Positions 8,391-17,841 of a stretch of 33,194 nt of DNA are shown piece after piece. Source of the DNA: a virus (lineage: Duplodnaviria > Caudoviricetes); IMG/VR virus record IMGVR_UViG_3300044647_001071, positions 1-33,194 of that record. The stretch is one strand, 5' to 3'. The notes under the pieces were generated by a model that saw only the letters and a list, made by a program, of their open reading frames with translations, searched no databases and was not told the DNA's origin. Both the position numbers and the translations under genes were made by a program. Every line of letters starts with the position of its first letter. Position 1 is the first letter of the stretch.

Positions 8391-10034
8391 TTAGATGTCA
8401 CCGAGGTCAGAAACTTGGATGAGACCATAGAATTCTGGACGGACAATCTTCTTAGCGTAGCGAGTCATTACACCCTTACGTGGTGTGAAGTTCGCTGGGT
8501 CATATACCAACGGTGTCATCACGAGTGGGATATAAGGAGCATACACTGCACCTGTTTCGAGGAATTGTGTTCCACGGAAACCGACGAGAATTTGATTCTC
8601 AAGCATATATGGGTTCTTATAAACTGTGATACGACCATTGAGTGAACCAACCTTCTGAACACCCATCGCAAACTTCATACCTTCACCGTCTACAGCATAT
8701 CCAGGGATTGACTCAAGGATTGTTGCGACTTGTGGTGAACATACGAGGAAGTTAGCACCACCGCGGAGTGTCTTCTGGTGGATAACGTTTGATACCTTTT
8801 GGATCTTGGTACCAAGTGTTTGGAACCATGTCTGTTGGTTGAAAGCAGCTGCAGCAGCTTGGTTTGTTGCGTAGTCAGAGAAACCACTTGAAGCGGCATC
8901 ATAAGCACGACCGATACGAGCTGACCATCTTTCTGTTGTCTGAGCGTTCTTGATAAGCATATCAAGGATTTCGAGATCAATTTCTTGTGAGATGTACTCA
9001 GAAAGCATTGATGTCAATTCTGCTTCAGCGTCGATTGAGTGGTAAGCGTTCAAGTCTTGAGCATATTCTGGTGTCCAGACTGCCTTCAACTTACGTGTCT
9101 TAGCCACGATTGACTCAGAACGAAGTTCAAGGTTGATTTCTGGGATACCAATGTCTGCACCTGATGATTGTTCTTCAAAGTCACCACGAGTTGTTGATGT
9201 TGGTTGCTTCTGATATGTCACGAATACGTTGCCTGTTGGAGCAGCAGCACCTGAAACAACAAATGTTACTTGTGTGTTTGCTGCGTTTGTAAATGTGAAT
9301 TGTGGGAAGTAACCTGCAACATTTGAACCACTGATTCTGTAAGCACGAACTCCTTCGAAGTCAGGTGTTGAAAGTGATGCTGTTGAGAATGTTACTGTGA
9401 AGATATTGCCAGCGTTGAGAGCTGTAAGATATGCAGCTTCGAATTCTGTATCAAATTGATAAACAGACTTTGAAGATGTTGAAACTGAACCTGTTGTGAA
9501 AGCATCAGCTGCAAGTGATGTTGACTTTGTGATTGCTGTTGTTGTTGTATCGTTGACTGAATAGCCGAAACGTCCAGCACCGTAAAGACCGCCTGACGGG
9601 TCAGCATCCTTAGCACCGGTACCAGTTACACCGAATACAGAGTCAGCTTGTGAATCCTTACCAGCACCTGTTGTGAATCCAGGTTGTGCTGTTCCGTACT
9701 TAAAGTCAAGGAAGAACACGAGACCTGAAGGAAGGTTCATCGGTTGAACTGAAACGAAATCCTTTGCTGCGATTTCAGAGAAGATACGACGAACAAGTGG
9801 GAGAGCAACGCCAGCCCATTCTTCTGAACCAGCTGCTGTACCTGTACGTGATGATTCGTCGATAAGTTGCTTTGCTTGGTTCTCAAGAAGAACCGCGATT
9901 GAGTTCTTTTCGAACTCTGTCTTGATACCATCAAGAAGTCCTGTCTTTTCCCACTTCTTGATAGCGCCCTTGTTCTCATTCATAAGATTCTTATGAGCTG
10001 AGTTTGTAGAGCCTAAAATTGATTGAATACTCAT
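8391..10034 (-). CDS. Major capsid protein (T4 gp23-like)
   Basis: LPLVRR, VSVQPMNLPSGLVFFL, AKTRKLKAVWTPEYAQDLNAYHSIDAEAEL, YAPYIPL and FTPRKGVMTRYA; SD GGAGA at 10042-10046. Confidence 0.97.
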   Translation of the reverse strand: MSIQSILGSTNSAHKNLMNENKGAIKKWEKTGLLDGIKTEFEKNSIAVLLENQAKQLIDESSRTGTAAGSEEWAGVALPLVRRIFSEIAAKDFVSVQPMNLPSGLVFFLDFKYGTAQPGFTTGAGKDSQADSVFGVTGTGAKDADPSGGLYGAGRFGYSVNDTTTTAITKSTSLAADAFTTGSVSTSSKSVYQFDTEFEAAYLTALNAGNIFTVTFSTASLSTPDFEGVRAYRISGSNVAGYFPQFTFTNAANTQVTFVVSGAAAPTGNVFVTYQKQPTSTTRGDFEEQSSGADIGIPEINLELRSESIVAKTRKLKAVWTPEYAQDLNAYHSIDAEAELTSMLSEYISQEIDLEILDMLIKNAQTTERWSARIGRAYDAASSGFSDYATNQAAAAAFNQQTWFQTLGTKIQKVSNVIHQKTLRGGANFLVCSPQVATILESIPGYAVDGEGMKFAMGVQKVGSLNGRITVYKNPYMLENQILVGFRGTQFLETGAVYAPYIPLVMTPLVYDPANFTPRKGVMTRYAKKIVRPEFYGLIQVSDLGDI

Positions 10035-10057
10035 TTATGTGTCTCCAATTTAAAAAG

Positions 10058-11131
10058 TTATAATAAACCTGCTAATTTCTTAAATCTATCTGCCACCTGA
10101 TTTGATTCTGTGAGAATCTTCTTAGATGGACGTGTGCTTGCTTGTGGCTTACTTGCAAATGATTCCTTCAAAGATGATTTCTTTGTTGACTTTGGTGTCT
10201 TCATAGAACGACCCTTGAATGATTCAGCGAGTGTTGCATAAACCAACTTGACTTCACGCAAACTACCTGCACGATCAAAGTTTTCAATAACTGTGACCTT
10301 TTGTGACTCTGTTAAAGAGTATGAACGGAAAAGTTTGTTTGAGAACAAGAGCTTAGAGTTAAGAAGATTGACTTCGTTTAGCTTTTCACGTAAGAATTGG
10401 ATGACCGCATAAGCTTCATTGACTTTTTCTTCCATTTCAGCTTTTTCTTCATCTTCACCTTCTTCCATTGCTGGTTCTTCATCTTCGCCTTCTTCCATTT
10501 CTGATTCTTCGTCTTCTTCACGAAGAGCACGAAGAATTTCCTTGATGTCAGCTTCTTCTTCATCACCTTCTTCTACTGCTGGCGCTTCTTCTTCCTCTTC
10601 TTCAACTAACTGCACAAGCTTTTCTTTCTTGTCTGTTGTGCTGTCATCTGAAGCATACTTGGAAGGTTGCTTGTTATCACCCTTTCCAATTTCTGATGAG
10701 TCGAGTTCTTCTTCGAGTTGACGGATGATTTCCATGAGGTCTTCATCAATCTCTTCGTCGTCACCTTCTTCCATTGGTGTCTCTTCGTCGTCACCTTCTT
10801 CCATTGGTGTCTCTTCGTCATCACCTTCTTCTACCGGCATTTCTTCTTCGGCTTCTTCCATTGCTGGTTCTTCGTCGTCGCCTTCTTCTACCGGCATTTC
10901 TTCGTCATCACCTTCTTCCATCGTTTCTTCACCTTCTTCGCCTTCCATATACCACTCATCTTCACCTTCTGTCATTTCTTCGTCTGACTCGGCTTCTTCT
11001 GAGAGTTTTGTTGCGATCATGGATTGAATACGTGGTTGGAAGGCTTCTTCGAGAGCAAGCTTAGCATTGGCAAGTGCCACTTCACGGACTGCCTTTGCAT
11101 CTGCGATTGCTTCTTTCAGTAAATCTGTCAT
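10058..11131 (-). CDS. Prohead core / scaffold protein (T4 gp22-like)
   Basis: Very acidic helical protein directly upstream of MCP. Start moved to ATG 11131 (MTDLLKEAIADAK), which has SD GGAGA at 11137-11141. Confidence 0.8.
   Translation of the reverse strand: MTDLLKEAIADAKAVREVALANAKLALEEAFQPRIQSMIATKLSEEAESDEEMTEGEDEWYMEGEEGEETMEEGDDEEMPVEEGDDEEPAMEEAEEEMPVEEGDDEETPMEEGDDEETPMEEGDDEEIDEDLMEIIRQLEEELDSSEIGKGDNKQPSKYASDDSTTDKKEKLVQLVEEEEEEAPAVEEGDEEEADIKEILRALREEDEESEMEEGEDEEPAMEEGEDEEKAEMEEKVNEAYAVIQFLREKLNEVNLLNSKLLFSNKLFRSYSLTESQKVTVIENFDRAGSLREVKLVYATLAESFKGRSMKTPKSTKKSSLKESFASKPQASTRPSKKILTESNQVADRFKKLAGLL
10751..10945. repeat. In-frame 30-nt tandem repeats encoding (TPMEEGDDEE)n in the scaffold gene
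   Basis: CTCTTCGTCGTCACCTTCTTCCATTGGTGT is exact at 10751-10780 and 10781-10810, with degenerate copies to about 10945. Confidence 0.9.
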
Positions 11132-11220
11132 TGTAGTCTCCAACTAATTTCAGGGTTATTGATAACGCCTATCTAACAGTAAAAATAGTATTGACTCTAT
11201 ATGTATAGAGTATTATACTC

Positions 11221-11228
11221 ATAAATAT
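11221..11228 (-). promoter_or_regulatory. Putative late promoter motif ATATTTAT for scaffold-MCP
   Basis: + strand ATAAATAT about 90 nt upstream of the scaffold start. Confidence 0.55.
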
Positions 11229-11239
11229 AAGTAACTAAT

Positions 11240-11425
11240 TTATTTTATCACTTTTTTCTTGTTTGGAACTAATTTTTTTAGTAAAATATTTGATTTTTCT
11301 GTATTTTCGTTCTTATCAAATATCGTTCCTGTATCACCGAGTCTGAAAATGTGGGCAACATCTTCCTCGTCATAAATGAATCGTTGTGATGGCTTTGGTT
11401 TTTCTACTTCTTTTTCTTCAGGCAT
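11240..11425 (-). CDS. Small hypothetical protein (61 aa)
   Basis: Overlaps the ART stop, preceded by GGAG, fills the gap. Confidence 0.6.
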   Translation of the reverse strand: MPEEKEVEKPKPSQRFIYDEEDVAHIFRLGDTGTIFDKNENTEKSNILLKKLVPNKKKVIK

Positions 11426-12584
11426 TTGGTTGCTCCACTGATACTGTATAGATATTCTTCTTTTTATCGTGTTTCTCTATTCTGAATCGGCATCCTCTTG
11501 GTAGTGTTATTTCGGACTCAATACAAAATTCATCTTCCTCACATGGTAACATCAAAACTCGTGAACCACGAGTTAGCTTTATCTCAAAAATTGCAGTCTT
11601 ACCACGAGTTTGAAGATTTCTATCTGAAAAATCTTCCGCTATGAGTGGGTTTAGTGTTGTAGAAACGAATCCGTTATCAATCCACTCCCCAGCTTCAATA
11701 AACTGTTGGAGTATTTCTTTTTTTATACCACGATAAACAACTGTATCATTTTGTAATACAGCACCTGGTGATTTGAAATGTTCGTCCATCAACAAAATGT
11801 TATACATCTTATATTTTGTTGGCATTGACGTTTTCGCATCTGGTGTTGATTTGATTACCTTTTCCAATTCGTCCTTCGACCAAGAGATTTTATTACCTTC
11901 ACGTAAAAAAGAATTTATAGAAAAAGAATCATTGTGATAATATTTTGCAGCTTGTATTGTTTGTTCATCACTTTTATATGTTGAAAGTGCTGCTAATTTT
12001 GCAATAGCGATTGATTGAAATCGCTTTGCAGTTTTTCTAATTTGAACCACCGTTTTCTTTGAACCTTCTTTATCACCAACCTCGTCTTGAGTTTTGAGTG
12101 TTTGAAGAAGATTATCATATTCACGGAAGAAAGAAGTAAACTCAAATTTTATGAGTTTATTTTTCAAGTCTGGTCTTGTATTTTGTATATCTTGAACAAT
12201 TTCTTCTTTTTCTTTATCATCAAGATAAATATAAGAACCCAGTTTCTTTTCAAGTTTTTTATGAGGCGGCAGATTTTTTTCATCTTCTTTTTCCTTTTCC
12301 TTTTTCTGCTCCTTTTCTTTCTGGTCAATTTTACCAAAAGCAGCTGCAATTGGATCTCCACCAGAATCACCAGCATCTGCTGGTTTTTCTTCTGTTTCCT
12401 TCGCGGGTTCTTCTTTTTTCTTTTTTTCTTTTGGTTCTGATTTTTCGTGAACAGATGGGTCAAAACTATCCTTACTTATATAGTAAGACTTCCCACTCTC
12501 CTTGTTCTTTACAAGCATCTTATCGGGGTTCTCACTAGCAGGTTTTTCATCCTTTTCAAGTAATATGTTTTTTAGTTTTATCAT
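11418..12584 (-). CDS. NAD:arginine ADP-ribosyltransferase (VIP2/Alt-like, R-S-E class) with charged N-terminal extension
   Basis: INSFLR, VVYRG, WIDNGFVSTT, AIFEI and ESEITLPRG (ExE). Likely start MIKLKNILLE at 12584; GTG 12590 is an alternative. Confidence 0.88.
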   Translation of the reverse strand: MIKLKNILLEKDEKPASENPDKMLVKNKESGKSYYISKDSFDPSVHEKSEPKEKKKKEEPAKETEEKPADAGDSGGDPIAAAFGKIDQKEKEQKKEKEKEDEKNLPPHKKLEKKLGSYIYLDDKEKEEIVQDIQNTRPDLKNKLIKFEFTSFFREYDNLLQTLKTQDEVGDKEGSKKTVVQIRKTAKRFQSIAIAKLAALSTYKSDEQTIQAAKYYHNDSFSINSFLREGNKISWSKDELEKVIKSTPDAKTSMPTKYKMYNILLMDEHFKSPGAVLQNDTVVYRGIKKEILQQFIEAGEWIDNGFVSTTLNPLIAEDFSDRNLQTRGKTAIFEIKLTRGSRVLMLPCEEDEFCIESEITLPRGCRFRIEKHDKKKNIYTVSVEQPNA

Positions 12585-12598
12585 CTTCACCGAGTTAG

Positions 12599-12829
12599 TT
12601 ATTCTTGTTCTCGGTCAAGCTTTCTTTGTCTCTTCCGAGATGCGTTCATTTTATCTTTTTTCTTTTCAGAAGGTTTGATGTATTCAGTCCTTCTCTTATA
12701 TTCTTCAAGTATTCCACTTTCCTTTACCTTACGTTTGAAAATCTTCAACATAAGGTCAATGTTCATTCCATTTCCTTTGACCTTGACGTGTGCTGTTTTT
12801 GGTCTGTTGCTGTAAACTTGATCTGACAT
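12599..12829 (-). CDS. rpsU: Phage-encoded ribosomal protein bS21
   Basis: VKVKG..NIDLMLKIFKRKVKESGILEEYKRRTEYIKPSEKK matches the bS21 pattern; 76 aa and basic. Confidence 0.9.
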   Translation of the reverse strand: MSDQVYSNRPKTAHVKVKGNGMNIDLMLKIFKRKVKESGILEEYKRRTEYIKPSEKKKDKMNASRKRQRKLDREQE

Positions 12830-12843
12830 AACCTATTTCCTTT

Positions 12844-13512
12844 TTATTTTTGATTTTTTTCGTTTACCGATTCAGGCGTTTCTTCATCGCCTTTTTCTTT
12901 GATTTCATAGTATTTGCCGAGTGTTTCACCAATTTCTTCATAAACCGCTTCGAGTCTTTGTTGAAGTTTTGTTACTTCATTTACTGTCTTTTCAAAGATC
13001 TTGAATGATTCATTCATCTTACGAGTATGACGTGAAAGAGTCATTCCATCAAACCAATCACCGGATTCGTCTACGATGTTCTTTGAAGCAAATTCAACAA
13101 TCTTTTTGATGTTTGAGTAAGCTTCTTTTAGTTTACCTTGACGATAGATTGATTCACCGAACTGATTATACTTGCCGATGAGTTCAACATAAAGTTTCTT
13201 TTGTTCCGGTGTCAAGACTCTTTCTGGTGTTTCTTGTTTTTCATCTTCACCTTCACGGAGAAATTTAGTTACAGTTTCTTTTACCATCTTACGAATCTTA
13301 CTTTTCTTTGTTTCTGTCATTTTTACTGACTCCGCTTTATTTGGAAGACCTTTGTGTTTTGTTCCGGCATATTTTTCAAGTTCTTTTTCTGACATAGAAG
13401 CTGCAACTTGTTTTACATTCTTACTTACTTTTGAAGCAGGAACTTCCCCACGTTTGTAGGCAAGAACAAGTCCCATAAATTTCTGTTGTTGTTTACTAAC
13501 TGCAGGCATCAT
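12844..13512 (-). CDS. Hypothetical protein with DUF3008-like N-terminus and helical C-terminal domain
   Basis: MPAVSKQQQKFMG...SMSEKELEKYAGTKHKGLP resembles DUF3008 (from memory); SD AGGAG. Confidence 0.75.
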   Translation of the reverse strand: MMPAVSKQQQKFMGLVLAYKRGEVPASKVSKNVKQVAASMSEKELEKYAGTKHKGLPNKAESVKMTETKKSKIRKMVKETVTKFLREGEDEKQETPERVLTPEQKKLYVELIGKYNQFGESIYRQGKLKEAYSNIKKIVEFASKNIVDESGDWFDGMTLSRHTRKMNESFKIFEKTVNEVTKLQQRLEAVYEEIGETLGKYYEIKEKGDEETPESVNEKNQK

Positions 13513-13521
13513 TTACTCCTA

Positions 13522-14181
13522 TCAAAATATACATTCACATACATCGCCAATTTCACAAATAATCTTTGTGATGTTCTCGTTTATACGTTGAAGTTTAGGG
13601 TCAATCTTAGCAATAGTCTTGAGGTCAACACCTTCTTTGATTAGACCTTCACCAACAACTTGACCAGCACCGGCAGGGTACATAAATGCACCATGAGTAG
13701 ATGGATTTGATACAAAGTCCCAACCAATCAACTCAAAGTCATCTTGGACTTCGACCGTTGTTTCATTTATTTCTTTCACCGAACCCATACCACGGGATGA
13801 TATACCAAGACGAATTCCAGCTTGTAGAAGGTTCTTTAGAATGTTTCCTGAAGGAGTGGGGAGGATTTCTACTTTACCAACAACATCATCACCGTCCCAA
13901 TTTACATCAAGAACGTTATGACAAACATTACGAAGATTGATAACAGATGAATCGGGGTGGTCTAACTCACCGAGAGCACGATTTTCTTTGATTTGTGTTT
14001 TCTTGTAATTGGCAACTTCACGCATAAGAATCTTTTTTGGATAAACACGTCCATTTTGATTCTTTGCCTCTGCACGTTGAAGAACACCCGATACGATAAG
14101 TTTACCACCGTTATCTGATGATTCGTTCAATTGACGTGGGGTTGCTGAAAAAAGTATTGTGTCTACAAGTAAATGTTTCAT
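13522..14181 (-). CDS. Prohead core protease (T4 gp21-like)
   Basis: GVLQRAEAKNQNGRVYP, ALGELDHP, GISSRGMGS and DFVSNPST. Confidence 0.95.
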   Translation of the reverse strand: MKHLLVDTILFSATPRQLNESSDNGGKLIVSGVLQRAEAKNQNGRVYPKKILMREVANYKKTQIKENRALGELDHPDSSVINLRNVCHNVLDVNWDGDDVVGKVEILPTPSGNILKNLLQAGIRLGISSRGMGSVKEINETTVEVQDDFELIGWDFVSNPSTHGAFMYPAGAGQVVGEGLIKEGVDLKTIAKIDPKLQRINENITKIICEIGDVCECIF

Positions 14182-14183
14182 TA

Positions 14184-14732
14184 TTAGGCACCCAATTCGT
14201 TTATTTTCTTACCAATTCTGTTTAGTCTTTCACCGATTTTTACGAGACGACTATGTGATGAACGCCAAAGGGTTCTTTGGTCTACTGCCATTTCTGTCTT
14301 TAGACGAAGAGCGTGTCCAACAGCACGTTCTACACGAAGAAGAGATTGGTTCAATTCTTTAATAGAAGTGTTTATCTTTTCACTTGTTGTTTTTGTTTTA
14401 TCACCACGGTACTCTTTATATGATGCTTCGTGAAGAGCTTTCATTGCCATCTTATAAACAGACTCACTCTTTGTGAAAGAGTTTGCATATTGTTCTTTGG
14501 ATATTGAATTTCTTCTCTTTTGTTTTGGTACAACTTTATATCCAAATTGTTCTGCATTGTCTTTTGTTTTTGCATCAAAAGATTCTTTGCCTTCTCCATC
14601 TTGGGGAGAAAATGCCTTTGGTGTGTCATATCCAGCAACCATGCTAGTGGTACTAGTTTCATTCATTTCATCTCTGAACTTCTTATATGATTCAGATTCT
14701 TTTAGGTTTTTTATGAATTTTTCTATGTTCAT
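14184..14732 (-). CDS. Hypothetical head-module protein (182 aa)
   Basis: Tightly packed ORF containing VAGYDTPKAF and a C-terminal coiled coil. Confidence 0.8.
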   Translation of the reverse strand: MNIEKFIKNLKESESYKKFRDEMNETSTTSMVAGYDTPKAFSPQDGEGKESFDAKTKDNAEQFGYKVVPKQKRRNSISKEQYANSFTKSESVYKMAMKALHEASYKEYRGDKTKTTSEKINTSIKELNQSLLRVERAVGHALRLKTEMAVDQRTLWRSSHSRLVKIGERLNRIGKKINELGA

Positions 14733-14733
14733 A

Positions 14734-15051
14734 TTACTTTGCCACTTGATTACGAATTAGTACATAAACCGTTCCACTATCGACCTTTACACTCCTCAAA
14801 GAAAAGTCATAAATACGAATACTACCTTGTCCTAGAATACCGAGTGGAATATCACCACCGAGTGAAAGAGACGCCGTACCAACGGAACCAGTCGGAACTA
14901 TCAAACCACCTACACCAAAATTGGAACCCGTAAATATTGTTGTTCCAGTTGTACATGGTATTACTTTATGAAATTTTCCAGGATGTCCTAGTCTTTCAAA
15001 CTGACTCAATGTTGGTGCTGGATAATTGTATGGTTGAACTTCTGTTGACAT
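14734..15051 (-). CDS. Hypothetical beta-rich protein (105 aa)
   Basis: SD AAGGAGA; stop/start overlap with the upstream gene. Confidence 0.75.
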   Translation of the reverse strand: MSTEVQPYNYPAPTLSQFERLGHPGKFHKVIPCTTGTTIFTGSNFGVGGLIVPTGSVGTASLSLGGDIPLGILGQGSIRIYDFSLRSVKVDSGTVYVLIRNQVAK

Positions 15052-15893
15052 TATTTTATCTCCTTCAAATCATTTACAAGGTCATAGTATCTAAGTAAGG
15101 CCGATATATGACTTTCATCAAGATTCTTTATTGTCCCATATTGATTTAGTAAGTCAGAGACTTCTGCCAACTTGATTTTCAAAGTCTTATCTTTTGTTTT
15201 CTTTATCTTTTCTTCCAAGAAAATTCGTATCTTTGAAGCTTCACCCTGAACAAATGTCTTCAGGTTATTTGTGTTGCTTACATTGCTGATGTATTCGCGG
15301 AGTAAAGATTTTTGGTCTTGTGAAAGTTCGCCATACTTTTTATTGAACTTTTCAACAAGAATTTTATAGGACATAAGACGAATTTCTTTTGGTTCGTCTT
15401 TTAGTGATACCGACTCTTCAATAAGTTCTTTCTTGGATTCAGATACCATATTTTCCATAATGGTCATCTTAGAACGAGTAATTTCCACAGGACTATCAAG
15501 TTCAGTATATTCAAATATCTTGTAAACAGATGCGAGTAATTTATAGTTTCCGACTTTTGTTTGGAAGAAAGAATTTATATCAAAGTTTTCTGTTATTGAC
15601 TTGATAAGTTCATATTTCTCTTCACTCAACTTCTTCTTATTGATTTTCTTACGGGCGGTAAGGACTGCTTCAATCAACATTTGTGATTTTGCATCGGTTG
15701 GCATCTTCTCTTCACAGAGTGTTTTATACAAACGATACTCCTTTATCATCTCGGTGTTCTTGTTGAAAAATTTCTTCAAGATACCCGTGGCGATAGAGTC
15801 GGTACCGGATATGATGTCAGATGTTATTTGACGTGTTAGTAGTTCAAATAACATTCCCGTGTTTCTATACTTTGAATGTTTAATCTTTTTCAT
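15051..15893 (-). CDS. Hypothetical helical protein between portal and protease (possible prohead core component)
   Basis: 280-aa ORF starting KHSKYRNTGMLFELL; function inferred from position only. Confidence 0.75.
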   Translation of the reverse strand: MKKIKHSKYRNTGMLFELLTRQITSDIISGTDSIATGILKKFFNKNTEMIKEYRLYKTLCEEKMPTDAKSQMLIEAVLTARKKINKKKLSEEKYELIKSITENFDINSFFQTKVGNYKLLASVYKIFEYTELDSPVEITRSKMTIMENMVSESKKELIEESVSLKDEPKEIRLMSYKILVEKFNKKYGELSQDQKSLLREYISNVSNTNNLKTFVQGEASKIRIFLEEKIKKTKDKTLKIKLAEVSDLLNQYGTIKNLDESHISALLRYYDLVNDLKEIK

Positions 15894-15925
15894 CCTTTGT
15901 TTACCTGTAATATATTACTCATAAA

Positions 15926-15933
15926 ATAAATAT
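15926..15933 (-). promoter_or_regulatory. Putative late promoter motif ATATTTAT
   Basis: + strand ATAAATAT in the gap after the portal gene. Confidence 0.55.
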
Positions 15934-15942
15934 GACCTAAAC

Positions 15943-17841
15943 TCAAATTTCTTCCATTAAATTAGACTCATCAAGTAAATTAGATGTTTCTGTATTTTGT
16001 TCCGATGCCGGTTTTAGACTTTCTGAAATAATTGATTTTGTTTTTACTCTACCAAAAGACATAGAGTCCAACATATCACTAATTTCCTTTGTCAAACCAT
16101 CACGTTTTGTAGATTCAGTTGCCAGAGGAGAATTGCCCTTGTAGTTATGTTTTGGAGAAAGGTTTACATCAAGTGTCTTACCGATGTCTTTCTTACCAAG
16201 TGGATCTCTTCCGAATGGACTTCTATCTGTTCCATATGTAGAACCACCTTCTTTTGGTCTACCAGCACCCGGCCATCCACCTTCAGGAACTTCCACATCA
16301 TTGATTTGTTGAGGTCTCTTACCACCATAAATATTCATAGATGCCAAATCGTGTGGAGTTCCAAATGATTCCTTCGTAATCTTTGGATCATTTCCTTCAC
16401 TTTCAATTTGTTTCTGACGGAACTGATGTTTGATGTCTTCAATGATTTCATTCTTCTCAAACTCAGCGTCATCTTCCGAAAGATTGAATACATTTGCATA
16501 AACATATTTCATTGAGAAAAGACGCTTTTCAATCAGATTTGAAGCAAGGTCTACTCTTTCTTTCCAAAGGGCAATCTTCTCTTGTTCATAGATGATAGAA
16601 GGACCGGTAAGAGAAAGTTCAAAGTCAACAAGGTCTGCGTTCTCGTATCCTTGAGCATACAAGTGAACGATAGCAATCTTTGTCAATTCAGAAATAACGA
16701 TACGTTGGATTCTTTCAATCGTTCTTGCAAAACGAATATCAAGTGTTGCAAGTGTTGCCTTACCTTCGAGTGATTCGTCAAATCCAAGATATGCCTTTGG
16801 AACCTTTAGAGCAGCAAATATCTTACTCTTTAGGTATTCAACGTCTTCAATTGCTTGATATTGAAGTCCAGCCAGAGTTTCTATATTAGTACCAGCTTGG
16901 CCACCACGAACAGGAAGATAGAAATCTTCAAGAAGGTTTTGCATATTGTAACGAAGATTATATTCACCTGTTCTTTCGTCCATAACAGGTGTCTTCTTCA
17001 TTGCATTCATTACGTTCTGCATATACTGGTCAACTTCCGCTGGTGGAATATTACCAATATCAATCTTGAAGATTCTCTTTTCAGGAGCTCTCATGATACG
17101 GTGAATCAACATCGCATCTTCCATAAGAACAAGTTGCTTGTAAAGTTTACGAGCACCTTCTAACATTGACTTACCATAAGGTAGGAAGTTTGTGTCACCT
17201 AAAAGACGGAAGTGTGCAATTTCATAATTTTGAAATTCACCTTTACCAAGTGGGCCTTCGTAAACAAACTTTGTCATATAGATGTGTTCAGGATCTGTTC
17301 CTTCATCACGTTGCATTTCATATGGTGAAAGTGGAACAACGTTTGTGATACCGACCTCATCTTTTACATCAAGATAAAGATAATTGTCACCGTACTTACA
17401 AAGGTTACGAATCCACGGCCACAGGTTATATTCAATGTTTATAATATCATAGAAAAGATTGTGTAGAATCTTTCTGATGTTGTCATTATCTGAACGAATT
17501 GAAAGAACATCACCTGTATCATTTTTCAATGTAGATTCGTCGGCGTAAATATCAAGTGCCGATGATACGATTGCGTCTGTGTCCATTGCCTCGTAGTCTG
17601 TGTAAAGGTCAATCTTTGTTGCAGAGAACGAGTTATATTGGTTGTAAACAGAAATAGGAGTTCCGCGAGTTCCGTGTAATCTCCCATAACGATCAATAAC
17701 TTTTGATGTATGTGGGTTTCCATCTGCTTGATAGCGAGCGGTATCAACTACTTTTAGTCGCTTACCCCCGACGTTACGAACGACCACGTTTGTTGAAAAT
17801 AGCACACGGAGCCGATCAAATAATGATTTTCGTTCAGCCAT
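15943..17841 (-). CDS. Portal protein (T4 gp20-like)
   Basis: MEDAMLIHRIMRAPEKRIFKIDIGNIP, LEDFYLPVRG, IETLAG, IEDVEYL and ALKVPK; start taken at ATG 17841 (MAERK). Confidence 0.96.
   Translation of the reverse strand: MAERKSLFDRLRVLFSTNVVVRNVGGKRLKVVDTARYQADGNPHTSKVIDRYGRLHGTRGTPISVYNQYNSFSATKIDLYTDYEAMDTDAIVSSALDIYADESTLKNDTGDVLSIRSDNDNIRKILHNLFYDIINIEYNLWPWIRNLCKYGDNYLYLDVKDEVGITNVVPLSPYEMQRDEGTDPEHIYMTKFVYEGPLGKGEFQNYEIAHFRLLGDTNFLPYGKSMLEGARKLYKQLVLMEDAMLIHRIMRAPEKRIFKIDIGNIPPAEVDQYMQNVMNAMKKTPVMDERTGEYNLRYNMQNLLEDFYLPVRGGQAGTNIETLAGLQYQAIEDVEYLKSKIFAALKVPKAYLGFDESLEGKATLATLDIRFARTIERIQRIVISELTKIAIVHLYAQGYENADLVDFELSLTGPSIIYEQEKIALWKERVDLASNLIEKRLFSMKYVYANVFNLSEDDAEFEKNEIIEDIKHQFRQKQIESEGNDPKITKESFGTPHDLASMNIYGGKRPQQINDVEVPEGGWPGAGRPKEGGSTYGTDRSPFGRDPLGKKDIGKTLDVNLSPKHNYKGNSPLATESTKRDGLTKEISDMLDSMSFGRVKTKSIISESLKPASEQNTETSNLLDESNLMEEI

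Noticed and set aside
10378-11064. Several overlapping ORFs (poly-Ser, Phe-rich, Lys-rich)
   Set aside because: Alternate-frame and antisense by-products of the Glu-rich scaffold repeats.
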